DNA of 32,000 bases. Source: Candidatus Cyanaurora vandensis. Its GTDB lineage: Bacteria; Cyanobacteriota; Cyanobacteriia; Gloeobacterales; Anthocerotibacteraceae. The position numbers and the translations under genes are program-made. The notes beneath the pieces are model-generated. The model saw only the letters and a program-made list of their open reading frames with translations, searched no databases and was not told the DNA's origin. Location of the stretch: the NCBI RefSeq assembly GCF_013285555.1, contig NZ_JAAXLT010000147.1, positions 1-32,000 of the forward strand, written 5' to 3'. This document shows, piece after piece, positions 6,366 through 15,489 of the stretch; positions within the stretch are counted from its first letter, which is position 1; every line of letters starts with the position of its first letter.

Positions 6366-9149
6366 CTAGATCTCTTGTTTGAGCCGTTCCAGCGCGACAG
6401 GGCCGAGATGCAGCAGCGGGAGAGCCAAGTTGAGGGTACGCGTCCCTGCCACTGGTTGGGGCGTAGGCGGCGTGCTATGGGCCAAGGGCGTGAGGTCGAG
6501 GTCTGTACCCCGGCTAAAGAGTTGCCCTAGGCAGTCGAGCCAACCGGTATAGGACTGGTCCACCGCCAAGGCCAAATGGTCGCGGCCCTTGAGCAGTGTG
6601 CCCACCCGGTCGGTGAGGGTCCGGCCCGGTCCTACCTCAACAAAAGTCCGCATCCCTTGGGCATAGAGGTTCTCAAGGGTCTGCCGGAACTGAATGGGAC
6701 GGGCCACGCCCTGGGCGGCGAGGGCGCGGAAGGCTTGGGGTTGGGCGGGGAAGGGCTGGGCAGTGACGCAACTATAGATTGTAGTCACGGGCAATTCCCA
6801 ATCCTGGTAGAGGGCTGCAAACTGCTCGACCATCGGTTCTAAGAGTGGCGTATTGAGGGGGAGTGCGTCCGTCGTCCGCGTCACCAAGCACCACTGGGCG
6901 CGTAATTGGCTCATCGCCTGGGTCGCCGCCTCATCTTCACCAAAAAGGACGACCCGCTCGGGACCATCGTCCGCCATTAAATACAGGTCGGGCGTCTCTT
7001 GAACAATCTTGGTCAAGAACTGGGCCGGGGCCACACCGATCTCTAACTGAGTTCCCCGGAGTGAACTGGGACCCGCTAGCTGCCGATAGACCCGTGTCCG
7101 CGCTTGAACCTGGGCCGCAGTCGCGCTTTGGCTCGCTAGCAACGCTGTCTGTTCACCACTCCCATGACCCACCAAGACCGTCGGTCGGACCCCGCAATCC
7201 GCCAAGAGTTCCGCCAGGGCCAAACTCAGGGTCGCTGTGGTCAAAAAACCCAAGGCTGGGGTTTTGAGTTGAACGGCAAGTTTGCCAGTTTCTAGTGGGG
7301 TCAAGCCTGTGGGCCGGGGAAAGATGTAGGTACTGGGCAGATCACCATCCTCAGCATCCATCCGGTCAAACCAAGCCCGGATCTGGGGAAAATGTAAGGT
7401 GAGACCGAGGCCCATATTGGGGTAGGCCGTCTCATGACCAGGAAACAAGAACACTAGCCCCGAAACTTGGTCACTTGGTTCCCCGTAATAGCTGCCTGCG
7501 GCAAGAAGTGGTTGCTGACCCCTCAGGTATTGGTCCGCCTGCTGGAGTCGGGCGAGGGCCTGGGTCTGGTCGGCTACCACCAGGGCTAAGCGATAACCAC
7601 CACGGGCGGCCTTAGCTAAGGTCTGGGCCAAAGTACCGAGGTCAGACTGTGAATTTTGTGTAAGGACAGCCTGGAGTTGGTGGACTAACCGGACCAAGGC
7701 AGAGCGCGTGTCGGCACTCAATAACAACAGTTCAGCCGGGGGGTGGAGAGTCGGGACCGGGGCCGGGGATTCTTCCAAAATGGCATGGACGTTGATCCCC
7801 CCAAACCCGAAAGCATTGACCCCAGCGCGGCGCGGGGTGGGCCGACCGTGGACCCAGGGCCGCGTCTGGGTATTGAGGTAGAAGGGGGAGCCCGTCAGTC
7901 CCAAGTCCGAGTTTACCTGTTCACAAAGCGACGGGGGCAAGATTTTGTGGTAAAGAGCCAGGGCGGTTTTAATTAGACTGGCAGTCCCGGAGGCCGGGAT
8001 ACAGTGCCCAATCATAGACTTTACGGAGCCGATGGCACAGGGGAACCGACTGGCACCATAGACCGCTTGGAGGGTCCGAATCTCGGTCTGGTCGCCGATG
8101 GGAATCCCGGTCCCATGGGCCTCAATTAGCCCGATGCTGGCGGGGTCAACCTCAGCTTGGGCGTAGGCTTTTTCGAGGGCGAGGACTTGACCTTCAAAGC
8201 GGGGAGCCAGCAGACCCAAAGCCCGTCCATCACTCGCCGTCCCGATACCCTTGAGCACGGCATAGATGCGGTCGCCGTCAGCTTGGGCATCACGCAACCG
8301 TTTGAGGACCACCATCCCGGCCCCTTCACTCAGGGTGGTGCCGTTGGCGGCGCGGTCAAAGGGGCGAATCCCGGTGGGGGAGAGGGCACCTAGATAGCAA
8401 AACAACATATAGACTTGGGCGGGCATCGGGACTTGGACACCGCCAGCCAGCATCAGGTCCGAGCGGCCCTGGACGAGTTCTTGGCAGGCGAGCTCCACCG
8501 CAATCAAAGAAGAGGCACAGGCCGCGTCCACGGTGTAATTGGGACCCAGCAGGTTAAGGCGGTTGGCTATCCGGGCACTGACCATGTGGGACATCAGACC
8601 GGGGGCCGCTTCCGAGGGTAAGTCCGGCAGACTCTTTTTCAGGCCCCGCCGCAGGTCGGCGACGGTGTCATCGGGCAGACTTGGCAAAAGCTGTTGAAGG
8701 ATGCCGACAGTCTGGTCCACTACCAGACTATGTTGCAGGGCAGTTACCGAACCCCGGTTGGGATTGACCCCGCGCCCGAGGATCACCCCAGCACGGTCAT
8801 GGGCGAAAGGCCGTTCTAGATAACCCGCGTCCTGCAGAGCATCGCGAGCCAGCTTCAGAGCCAAAAAGTGATCTGGGTCCCCACCGTCTACCGCGTGGGG
8901 CGGGATGCCAAATTCCAAGGGGTTGAACTGGGCTAAATCCCCGAGTAAACCTACTTTCTGGGTATAGATGCGCTCCAAAACCCGCTCGTTGGCATCGAGG
9001 TAGGGACCCGTCCAGGCAGGGGGTGCATCTTGGATGTAGCAGGTTCCAGCGAGAATATTGCGCCAATAGCTATCTAGATCCCGCGCTCCTGGAAACAGAG
9101 CCGCCATACCGACAATCGCAATATCCAAGGCTGAAGAGTTTGCGTTCAT
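6366..9149 (-). CDS. Stand-alone type-I PKS/PUFA-synthase-like ketosynthase plus acyltransferase-like didomain protein (927 aa)
   Basis: The N-terminus IAIVGMAALFPGARDLDSYWRNI is typical of PKS KS domains. The KS triad is present: DAACASS (Cys codon 8517-8519), EAHGTG, GSVKSMIGHC. The C-terminal half aligns with malonyl-CoA:ACP transacylase blocks (FVEVGPG). I prefer the ATG at 9149 (MNANSS...) over the ORF-track start at 9218. Confidence 0.85.
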   Translation of the reverse strand: MNANSSALDIAIVGMAALFPGARDLDSYWRNILAGTCYIQDAPPAWTGPYLDANERVLERIYTQKVGLLGDLAQFNPLEFGIPPHAVDGGDPDHFLALKLARDALQDAGYLERPFAHDRAGVILGRGVNPNRGSVTALQHSLVVDQTVGILQQLLPSLPDDTVADLRRGLKKSLPDLPSEAAPGLMSHMVSARIANRLNLLGPNYTVDAACASSLIAVELACQELVQGRSDLMLAGGVQVPMPAQVYMLFCYLGALSPTGIRPFDRAANGTTLSEGAGMVVLKRLRDAQADGDRIYAVLKGIGTASDGRALGLLAPRFEGQVLALEKAYAQAEVDPASIGLIEAHGTGIPIGDQTEIRTLQAVYGASRFPCAIGSVKSMIGHCIPASGTASLIKTALALYHKILPPSLCEQVNSDLGLTGSPFYLNTQTRPWVHGRPTPRRAGVNAFGFGGINVHAILEESPAPVPTLHPPAELLLLSADTRSALVRLVHQLQAVLTQNSQSDLGTLAQTLAKAARGGYRLALVVADQTQALARLQQADQYLRGQQPLLAAGSYYGEPSDQVSGLVFLFPGHETAYPNMGLGLTLHFPQIRAWFDRMDAEDGDLPSTYIFPRPTGLTPLETGKLAVQLKTPALGFLTTATLSLALAELLADCGVRPTVLVGHGSGEQTALLASQSATAAQVQARTRVYRQLAGPSSLRGTQLEIGVAPAQFLTKIVQETPDLYLMADDGPERVVLFGEDEAATQAMSQLRAQWCLVTRTTDALPLNTPLLEPMVEQFAALYQDWELPVTTIYSCVTAQPFPAQPQAFRALAAQGVARPIQFRQTLENLYAQGMRTFVEVGPGRTLTDRVGTLLKGRDHLALAVDQSYTGWLDCLGQLFSRGTDLDLTPLAHSTPPTPQPVAGTRTLNLALPLLHLGPVALERLKQEI

Positions 9150-9480
9150 GAGAGTACCGTAGGGTGAGCCGGTGCCAAGGAGAAGTTTCCACCGGAGGCA
9201 AGAGAAGGATCTCAACACTCAAGAGGCAGCTTCATCACGTAAGTCCCAAAAGGTAGCCCCAGACCCGATGGACTAGGGTTTATCTTAGATTGAGAATAAC
9301 GCTTAGTCATTAGAAATGATGTCAGTTACATTACAGTCTGTATAAATACTGGGTCATACTGACTTGAAATTTGTAGGAGGAATTGCGTAGAGTTATACGT
9401 TTATATACTTATTTTTTCTGGGATTAAATTGATATCTTACTCGTGGTTGCTACCTTCAGCCAAAATGACTTAACCTAATT

Positions 9481-9765
9481 TCAACTCCCTGCCAATTCAT
9501 CCATTTTTTGTGCCAGGGCAAAATCTTTCTCCGTAATTCCCCCGGCATCATGGGTGATTAAATCTACAGTAATACGGCTGTAAACATTGAACCATTCGGG
9601 ATGATGCTCCATCGTCTCAGCCACCAAAGCGACCTGGGTCATGAACCCAAAGGCCCGGACAAAATCGGCAAAGCGATAGGTTTTATGCAGTTTGCCGTCC
9701 TTGACCTCCCAGCCAACGAGGGATTGGAGCTCAGTCAGGATCTCATCTGGCGATTTAGGGCTCAT
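9481..9765 (-). CDS. Pterin-4-alpha-carbinolamine dehydratase
   Basis: 94 aa with the family core EHHPEWFNVYSRITVDLITHDAGGITEKD. Confidence 0.85.
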   Translation of the reverse strand: MSPKSPDEILTELQSLVGWEVKDGKLHKTYRFADFVRAFGFMTQVALVAETMEHHPEWFNVYSRITVDLITHDAGGITEKDFALAQKMDELAGS

Positions 9766-9786
9766 GGTGGTCCAAGGTTTTTTTAA

Positions 9787-10929
9787 CTATAGAACACTGG
9801 GCGGGTTTAGCTTCTTGCCCAACAACAAAAGTCGGCCCAACTGCTGAGCACTGAAATAAAGGTTGGTGCTTGCTTCCTCCAGCATTTGGGCGGTAGACAT
9901 CAGGCTAGGGAGGGTATTGAGGACAGCCCAAGCTCCACTATTAAAAACCGTCTCCAACTCCTGGGGACGCACACTCCCCGAGAGGACTACCGCCGGGGTC
10001 CCGGTCTGTTGACACAAGCGCAGGACCGAGGGGACGATCTGTTGGGGCAAGGTCTGGCGGTCGGTCTGGGCCTGTCCCGTGATGACCAATTGGACTTGAC
10101 GGATCTGTGCCAGTAGGTCGAGATTCTCTAACAAAACTTGAGCCGCCGGACGCAACTTCGCGCCCACTAGGGCTAATCCATAGCCGAGCCCGCCCCCCGC
10201 CCCCGTCCCGGTCAGGGTATGACACGCCCCGCCATGGGTGCGCTGGATTGCTTGGGCCAGAGTAGAGAGGCCCTGCTCCACACGCTCGATGGTGATGAGA
10301 TTGGCCCCAGTGCGCGAACCCCAATGCCAAGCTGCCCCCTGACGACCCAAAAGAGCCGCCGGGGTGGGGTAGGCTACCACGACCTCGACTTGTTGCAACC
10401 GGGGCAAGATTCCCCGAAAATCTACCCTGGTCAACCGCGCCAGACTACCCGCCGCCCAACTCACCGATTTGCCGTTCGGGTCCAGTAGACTCACGCCCAA
10501 CGCCTGCAAAAAACCGACCCCGCCATCCACAGGCCAAGTCCCCTCGGGCAAGTACCAGAACACCCGCGCCACGTTTTTTTCCTGGAGAACCGCCTTGAGG
10601 AGTTGCCCCGCGCCAAAACTGGTCATATCTGGGCTGCCAAAGGTCCGTGCTGAAACGCGGTGGGGCAGGATAACCGCCGCAGTTCCCGCTTGGATTAAGC
10701 CGTAGCGCACCCGGATTGAAGTGTTTTCCTCGCCCAGGACCACCGCTTCACGCCATTCGCCGGGACAGGCGGCGAGGATGGTTTCGATAATTTGGTCATC
10801 CATACTGAGCGGGATGGTACGAATATCAAAATCAGCACTGGTCGAACTCAAACCATCAGCTATCACCTGGGCGGCGCGGTGGGCAGATAAGCCACCCGAA
10901 AAGGACTCAGGACATACCAGGACGCGCAT
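9787..10929 (-). CDS. Glycerate-kinase-family protein (divergent)
   Basis: 380 aa. The N-terminus MRVLVCPESFSGGLSA matches the family's PDSFKGSLSA start, and the C-terminal LVITGQAQTDRQ matches the ITGEGxxDxQ region. Several canonical residues are substituted (see findings). Confidence 0.6.
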   Translation of the reverse strand: MRVLVCPESFSGGLSAHRAAQVIADGLSSTSADFDIRTIPLSMDDQIIETILAACPGEWREAVVLGEENTSIRVRYGLIQAGTAAVILPHRVSARTFGSPDMTSFGAGQLLKAVLQEKNVARVFWYLPEGTWPVDGGVGFLQALGVSLLDPNGKSVSWAAGSLARLTRVDFRGILPRLQQVEVVVAYPTPAALLGRQGAAWHWGSRTGANLITIERVEQGLSTLAQAIQRTHGGACHTLTGTGAGGGLGYGLALVGAKLRPAAQVLLENLDLLAQIRQVQLVITGQAQTDRQTLPQQIVPSVLRLCQQTGTPAVVLSGSVRPQELETVFNSGAWAVLNTLPSLMSTAQMLEEASTNLYFSAQQLGRLLLLGKKLNPPSVL

Positions 10930-10979
10930 CCAGCTACAACTAGGGGTTAATCAAGTTAACCAAACCCCACGTCATTTGG

Positions 10980-11918
10980 CTACCCCAAACGCTGTGCTGC
11001 CGCCCAAGTAATCACCGTTTGGGCCAAGTGGGTGCCATTCAATGTGTCAATTTCCTGAATGCCCGTGGGACTAGTCACATTCACTTCGGTTAGGTACGTG
11101 CCAATTACATCTAACCCGACGAAATATAGCCCGTCTGCTACCAACTGTGGTGCTAAGGCCGCGCATAGTTCCCGCTCGTAGTCCGTCACCTCTGTCGCAA
11201 CTGCCCGACCGCCTACCCGTAGATTCCCGCGCACATCGTCCGCTTGGGGCACCCGTAACACCCCGCCCAGCGGCTCACCCGCCAAGACAATAATGCGTTT
11301 GTCACCCAGCCGTGCCTCCGGCAAGTAGCGTTGGACCATCACCGGGATGGTCTCAAACTGGGTACTCACTTCAATTAGAGCCTTAAGGTTTTTATCCTGG
11401 GCACTCAGCAGGAAAATTCCCTCCCCGCCCTTGCCATCCAGCGGTTTGAGGACGGCTTGGGGGTGCTGCTCCAAAAAGGTAAATACTTCTTTGGCCTGAC
11501 TGGTGACAATTACCTCCGGTAGATAACGGGCAAAGTTGAGAGCATACATCTTCTCATTGGCCCGCCGCAGACCCTCGGGCGAGTTGACCACCAGGGTCTG
11601 CCGGGGGTCCACCCGGTCTAACAGGTAGGTCGCAAATAGATAGGCCCGGTCTACTGGTGGGTCCTTCCGCATAAAGACCACCGCCATCTGTTCCAACCGC
11701 AGCCGCTGTTGTGCCCCCAATTCATAGAAAGGCGGTTCCGACTGCAACCGCACGGGACAGGCCCAGCACCCACACCCCCCCTGCGCCACAAAAAGGTCCG
11801 CCACCGTACAACACCAGACCCGATACCCCTGCCCCTGCGCCGCTTCCATCAATGCCAGCGACGTGTCGTGATTCGGAATCAGCCGCTCAATCGGGTCAAT
11901 CACAAACAAAAACTCCAT
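10980..11918 (-). CDS. gshB: Glutathione synthetase (prokaryotic ATP-grasp type)
   Basis: MEFLFVIDPIERL...HDTS matches the GshB N-domain, followed by an ATP-grasp C-domain (VLKPLDGKGGEGIF, NVTSPTG). The start was moved to the ATG at 11918. Confidence 0.85.
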   Translation of the reverse strand: MEFLFVIDPIERLIPNHDTSLALMEAAQGQGYRVWCCTVADLFVAQGGCGCWACPVRLQSEPPFYELGAQQRLRLEQMAVVFMRKDPPVDRAYLFATYLLDRVDPRQTLVVNSPEGLRRANEKMYALNFARYLPEVIVTSQAKEVFTFLEQHPQAVLKPLDGKGGEGIFLLSAQDKNLKALIEVSTQFETIPVMVQRYLPEARLGDKRIIVLAGEPLGGVLRVPQADDVRGNLRVGGRAVATEVTDYERELCAALAPQLVADGLYFVGLDVIGTYLTEVNVTSPTGIQEIDTLNGTHLAQTVITWAAAQRLG

Positions 11919-12099
11919 GCCACCCACCACAAACCACCCCTGAATGGTAAGGGAATAAAGGAAAGCATGAGTCCGAATTCGCGTCTGGGCTGTCCTGCCC
12001 TAGCCCCCGCCAGTCCTAGAGCCTACTGCCCGAGTCTCTAGGGCTATCCGACTAGCCAAAAAGACGACCGGACAGCAGTAGGACGACGAGGGCGTGACC

Positions 12100-12777
12100 C
12101 TAGTCCGCCTCGGGATCAATTCCCAAGGCCCGTAATCGCTCTGCCAGTCGTTGCGCCCGTTGCTGGGCTTGGTTAGCCCGCTCTGCTCCCGTGGGAATCA
12201 CCGTCCCGTGCTCATCACACCAGCGCAACCATACCTCCTCCCGGCCCTCAAAACTCCCCTCCCACAGGGTCAACCCCAACTGCACTTCTGCCAACCAATA
12301 GTCTGTCAGGGTCACGTACTGGAGGCCCTGTAATTCCCACATCTGCAACACCGGACCCCGCAACTGCCTAGTCGGGTCAAAGATGACGTAGTAAGGAATT
12401 CTCATACGCCGATAACGCGCTTTCTTCTTGATGTCCTCGTTCCCCTCGGTGTTGGAGACGATTTCGATGACAACTTCCGGGACTTTACCGAACTCCCAGA
12501 CAAAATAAGAGCGGTGTTTCCGCTCCCACCAGTTCTCGGCTAGCTGTACATCAAGGCTCAAGAAGACAGCGGGGATGATGGGTGGTTCGTTGGTCGAGGT
12601 GAAAATACCCATATTGGCAGCAACTAGAAAAGTCCGGTCTAGGCCGGGTCCTACCCAGGAACTATAGAGGGGTTCGGTGAGCAGGCGTTGCTGTTTTTCG
12701 GAGGGGAGATGGTCCACGGGGGTGTCGTCTTCGGTGATGAGCCTATCCACGACCGGGTATTCGCTGGGTTGGGTCAT
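12100..12777 (-). CDS. Uma2-family (DUF820) putative endonuclease
   Basis: 225 aa with the family pattern common in cyanobacteria: PDxFLSLDV-like block, PEVVIEIVS...GNE...K...Y....IPYYVIFDP. Confidence 0.8.
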   Translation of the reverse strand: MTQPSEYPVVDRLITEDDTPVDHLPSEKQQRLLTEPLYSSWVGPGLDRTFLVAANMGIFTSTNEPPIIPAVFLSLDVQLAENWWERKHRSYFVWEFGKVPEVVIEIVSNTEGNEDIKKKARYRRMRIPYYVIFDPTRQLRGPVLQMWELQGLQYVTLTDYWLAEVQLGLTLWEGSFEGREEVWLRWCDEHGTVIPTGAERANQAQQRAQRLAERLRALGIDPEAD

Positions 12778-12883
12778 GGCTGAGTTCCATGAATGTCTTT
12801 TCAGTGTATTAAGTGAAAGCTACCGGACGGCTAGACTCAAAACCCAGAGCTTTTAGCGGGGGGATGGTATATTCGGTAGAAAT

Positions 12884-13954
12884 ATGGTCAACTCCGTGGA
12901 GCAACGCACACCCTTACGCTTTATTGACCTGTTCTGTGGCCTGGGCGGATTTCGTATTGCGGCTCAGATTGCCTGTCAAGAGCGAGACATGAACCCACAA
13001 TGGGTTTTCGCAAGTGATATAGATGTTGATGCACAGGCTATCTATCAAGCTAATTTCGGTGAGAGACCCGCCGGAGATATTACCCAAGTTAATGAGTCTG
13101 AGATTCCAGACCATGATATTTTGTTAGCAGGCTTTCCCTGTCAGGCTTTTAGCATCTGTGGAGACCGTCGTGGCTTCGCCGATGTACGGGGAACATTGTT
13201 TTTTGATATCGCTCGGATTCTAACCGTAAAGCGGCCCCCAGCTTTTATTTTAGAGAATGTTAAGCAACTTCGGACCCATGATAAAGGCCGGACCCTTGGA
13301 CGGATTGTGGAGATTTTAGCTAATCTTGGCTATCAAGTAGAATGGCGTATTCTAAACGCGCTTAACTTTGGTCTACCCCAGAAACGTGAACGTATCTTTA
13401 TCGTCGGTTTTCGTGACACCTGTCCCTACCGATGGCCTGAGGGTGGCCTGCCCATGAGACCACTTCTTGAATTACTCGAACCGGAGGTTGACAACTTTTA
13501 CTATGCTTCAGCAAAAATACGCCAAAACCGTCTGCAAAGCGTGACTAGTAGATTCGCTTATGAAGAGTTGACACTCTGGCACGAAAATAAGTCTGGCAAT
13601 ATCGGCATCCATCCGTACTCCTGTGCGATGAGGGCCGGAGCCTCCTACAACTATCTACTAGTCAATGGTAAAAGACGTTTAACTGAACGCGAAATGTTAC
13701 GTCTACAGGGATTTCCTGATGAATATTGTATCAAGGGGGGCTACTCGGCAATGCGTAAGCTAGTGGGTAATAGTGTCGCAATACCCTGCGTTTCTGCTGT
13801 TGCTGGAGCAGTTCTAGATGCACTAAGAGGACGTTCTATTCCAACGCGAATTCCTCAGCCCTTGGTCTCAGAACAATCTCTTCAATCAACTATTCCATTT
13901 AGAACTCCTTCGGTCATCTCGCTAGGAGCAGTGAGCAGCCAATATGCTGAATGA
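12884..13954 (+). CDS. DNA (cytosine-5)-methyltransferase
   Basis: 356 aa with all the C5-MTase motifs I checked: I FIDLFCGLGGF, IV GFPCQAFS, VI ENV, VIII QKRERIFIVG, X GNSV. Its 3' end overlaps the next ORF by 11 nt. Confidence 0.92.
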   Translation: MVNSVEQRTPLRFIDLFCGLGGFRIAAQIACQERDMNPQWVFASDIDVDAQAIYQANFGERPAGDITQVNESEIPDHDILLAGFPCQAFSICGDRRGFADVRGTLFFDIARILTVKRPPAFILENVKQLRTHDKGRTLGRIVEILANLGYQVEWRILNALNFGLPQKRERIFIVGFRDTCPYRWPEGGLPMRPLLELLEPEVDNFYYASAKIRQNRLQSVTSRFAYEELTLWHENKSGNIGIHPYSCAMRAGASYNYLLVNGKRRLTEREMLRLQGFPDEYCIKGGYSAMRKLVGNSVAIPCVSAVAGAVLDALRGRSIPTRIPQPLVSEQSLQSTIPFRTPSVISLGAVSSQYAE

Positions 13955-15050
13955 AGCAAAATCACGTCTTGATAAGATAATTGGTAAAGCTCGTACTGAT
14001 ATGTACAAGATAATTCAGATTGCTGAAGTTTTGTATAGGTCACGGTTGCAGGAAGATGTAAATATTCTAGACGTAAATTCGTACAAAAACGAATCCCTAC
14101 GCTGGCGAGATATCGTCACACTTAGGTTGTCAGGTAAAAGATCAACATCATCTGCAAACTACCAACACGATCTCTGGAACAATACTGCCATGCCTCCCCA
14201 GATGCTTTTAGTATTAGACGCTGAAAACAAGCGTGTACCAGGAATAGTCGAGAGGTACATATATCAGCGTTACATTGAACGTTGCAGTATCGTAACTACT
14301 GCTATTTCAATCATTGAGGCAGCTAAACCTGAAGAATTTTATTTGCAAGCTTTAATTGACGTATTTATTAGGTAAGAATCTATACGTCGGAGTGTTGATA
14401 AAATGTATGAAATCGTTACCTATAGCCTCTTCGAGATTGTAGTAACTTCTCTAGAAGCAAAAATAAAAGTTACTGTACCTGAGATAAACAGGGACTTAAT
14501 CAATGAATTTTCTGACCTAGCAAAAGTGCTTTTAGGATTAGATGAGAATAATCTAGAATGGGAACAATTCGCTCACATACATCGAGCAGGAGTCACGAAT
14601 AATGCCGACAGAGGACTGGATATGTGGACTAATTTTGGTCCAGTTGTCCAGGTGAAACACTTGACTCTTAATGAAAAAAAAGCCGAAGGCATAGTAGATC
14701 AGGTGGAAAGTGATCACATTGTTGTTGTATGCAAAGATGCAGATGCTAAAGTCCTAGAAATAGTAGCCACACAAATTAGTTGGGGTAAGCGTGTACGAGG
14801 AATTGTAAAAGAGTCACAGCTTGTAGCATGGTACGAAAAATGTCTACGTGGAGAATTTTCAACACGGTTGGCTACTCCTCCTATGGAGAAGTTAGTGACT
14901 AGTTTTAAAGCAGAGTTCCCTCAAAGCTTGGGAGTAGTATCTTTCTTTGAAGAGAGAGGTTATTTAGATCTACAACCCGAGGATTTTTGGCTAACGGATC
15001 TGGAAGCTGAACTGAAACATAAGACTGATAGTACCCCTACTACCATCTGA
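13944..15050 (+). pseudogene. Type II restriction-endonuclease-like gene split by one in-frame TAA (ORFs 13944-14375 and 14403-15050)
   Basis: Both ORFs are in the same frame, separated by TAA at 14373-14375 plus 9 sense codons (ESIRRSVDK). The combined length is about 368 codons. A PD-(D/E)xK-like core is present (ADRGLDMW...VVQVKHL). It resembles HaeII-family enzymes from memory only. It sits directly downstream of, and overlaps, the MTase. Confidence 0.55.
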
Positions 15051-15138
15051 TTGATATTACCTCTGGCTAGGGCTGAGGATAAATATTTAAGTCAGCAGGG
15101 TAACTTAATAATGACCATTAACCCCCCTTAGGAAAATC

Positions 15139-15489
15139 ATGCCTTACCAGAACCTCCAGGCTGCTCTTACCAATAGCGAACTCTAGGACGTCAAAGCCAC
15201 CATTGCTACCTTTAAACAAAAGATGCCTTTCCTTATCACCCTCACTACGGAGGAGCGGCGTAAACTCTACAAGATGGGAGACAAGAGCCTTGCCTTTGTG
15301 ACCAAAGGACTCAACGCGGCGCAGAGCAATCCTGAGATTCTTCCGCCTAGTTTTAGCCTCGATGATTATGCCCAAGACTGTGCCCTGGCTAATTCCTTGA
15401 CCGAGGTGCTGCAACTGATCGCGCAATTCCAGGAACAGATAGACGATACCCTACTTGCTCAGGACTTACGCACAGCCGATAGCCCCTAA
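15139..15489 (+). pseudogene. Conserved hypothetical gene with an in-frame TAG and a 3' truncation
   Basis: The ATG at 15139 is in frame with the track ORF at 15223. TAG at 15184-15186 interrupts ...TNSEL*DVKATIA.... The reading frame runs into the repeat element at 15460 and ends in element-derived codons (QDLRTADSP*). Confidence 0.55.

Noticed and set aside
9150-9218. N-terminal extensions in the ORF track (KS-AT from 9218, epimerase from 24592, OMT from 25499, gshB from 11930, TPR-membrane gene from 23866, receptor from 28532)
   Set aside because: Family alignments and upstream SD-like sequences support the internal starts. The extensions overlap neighbouring genes or add non-homologous residues.
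9236-9247. ACGTAAGTCC upstream of the KS-AT gene, resembling the TIR core of the repeat family
   Set aside because: Only about 9-10 nt match, with no adjacent conserved subterminal sequence. That is too short to distinguish from chance.
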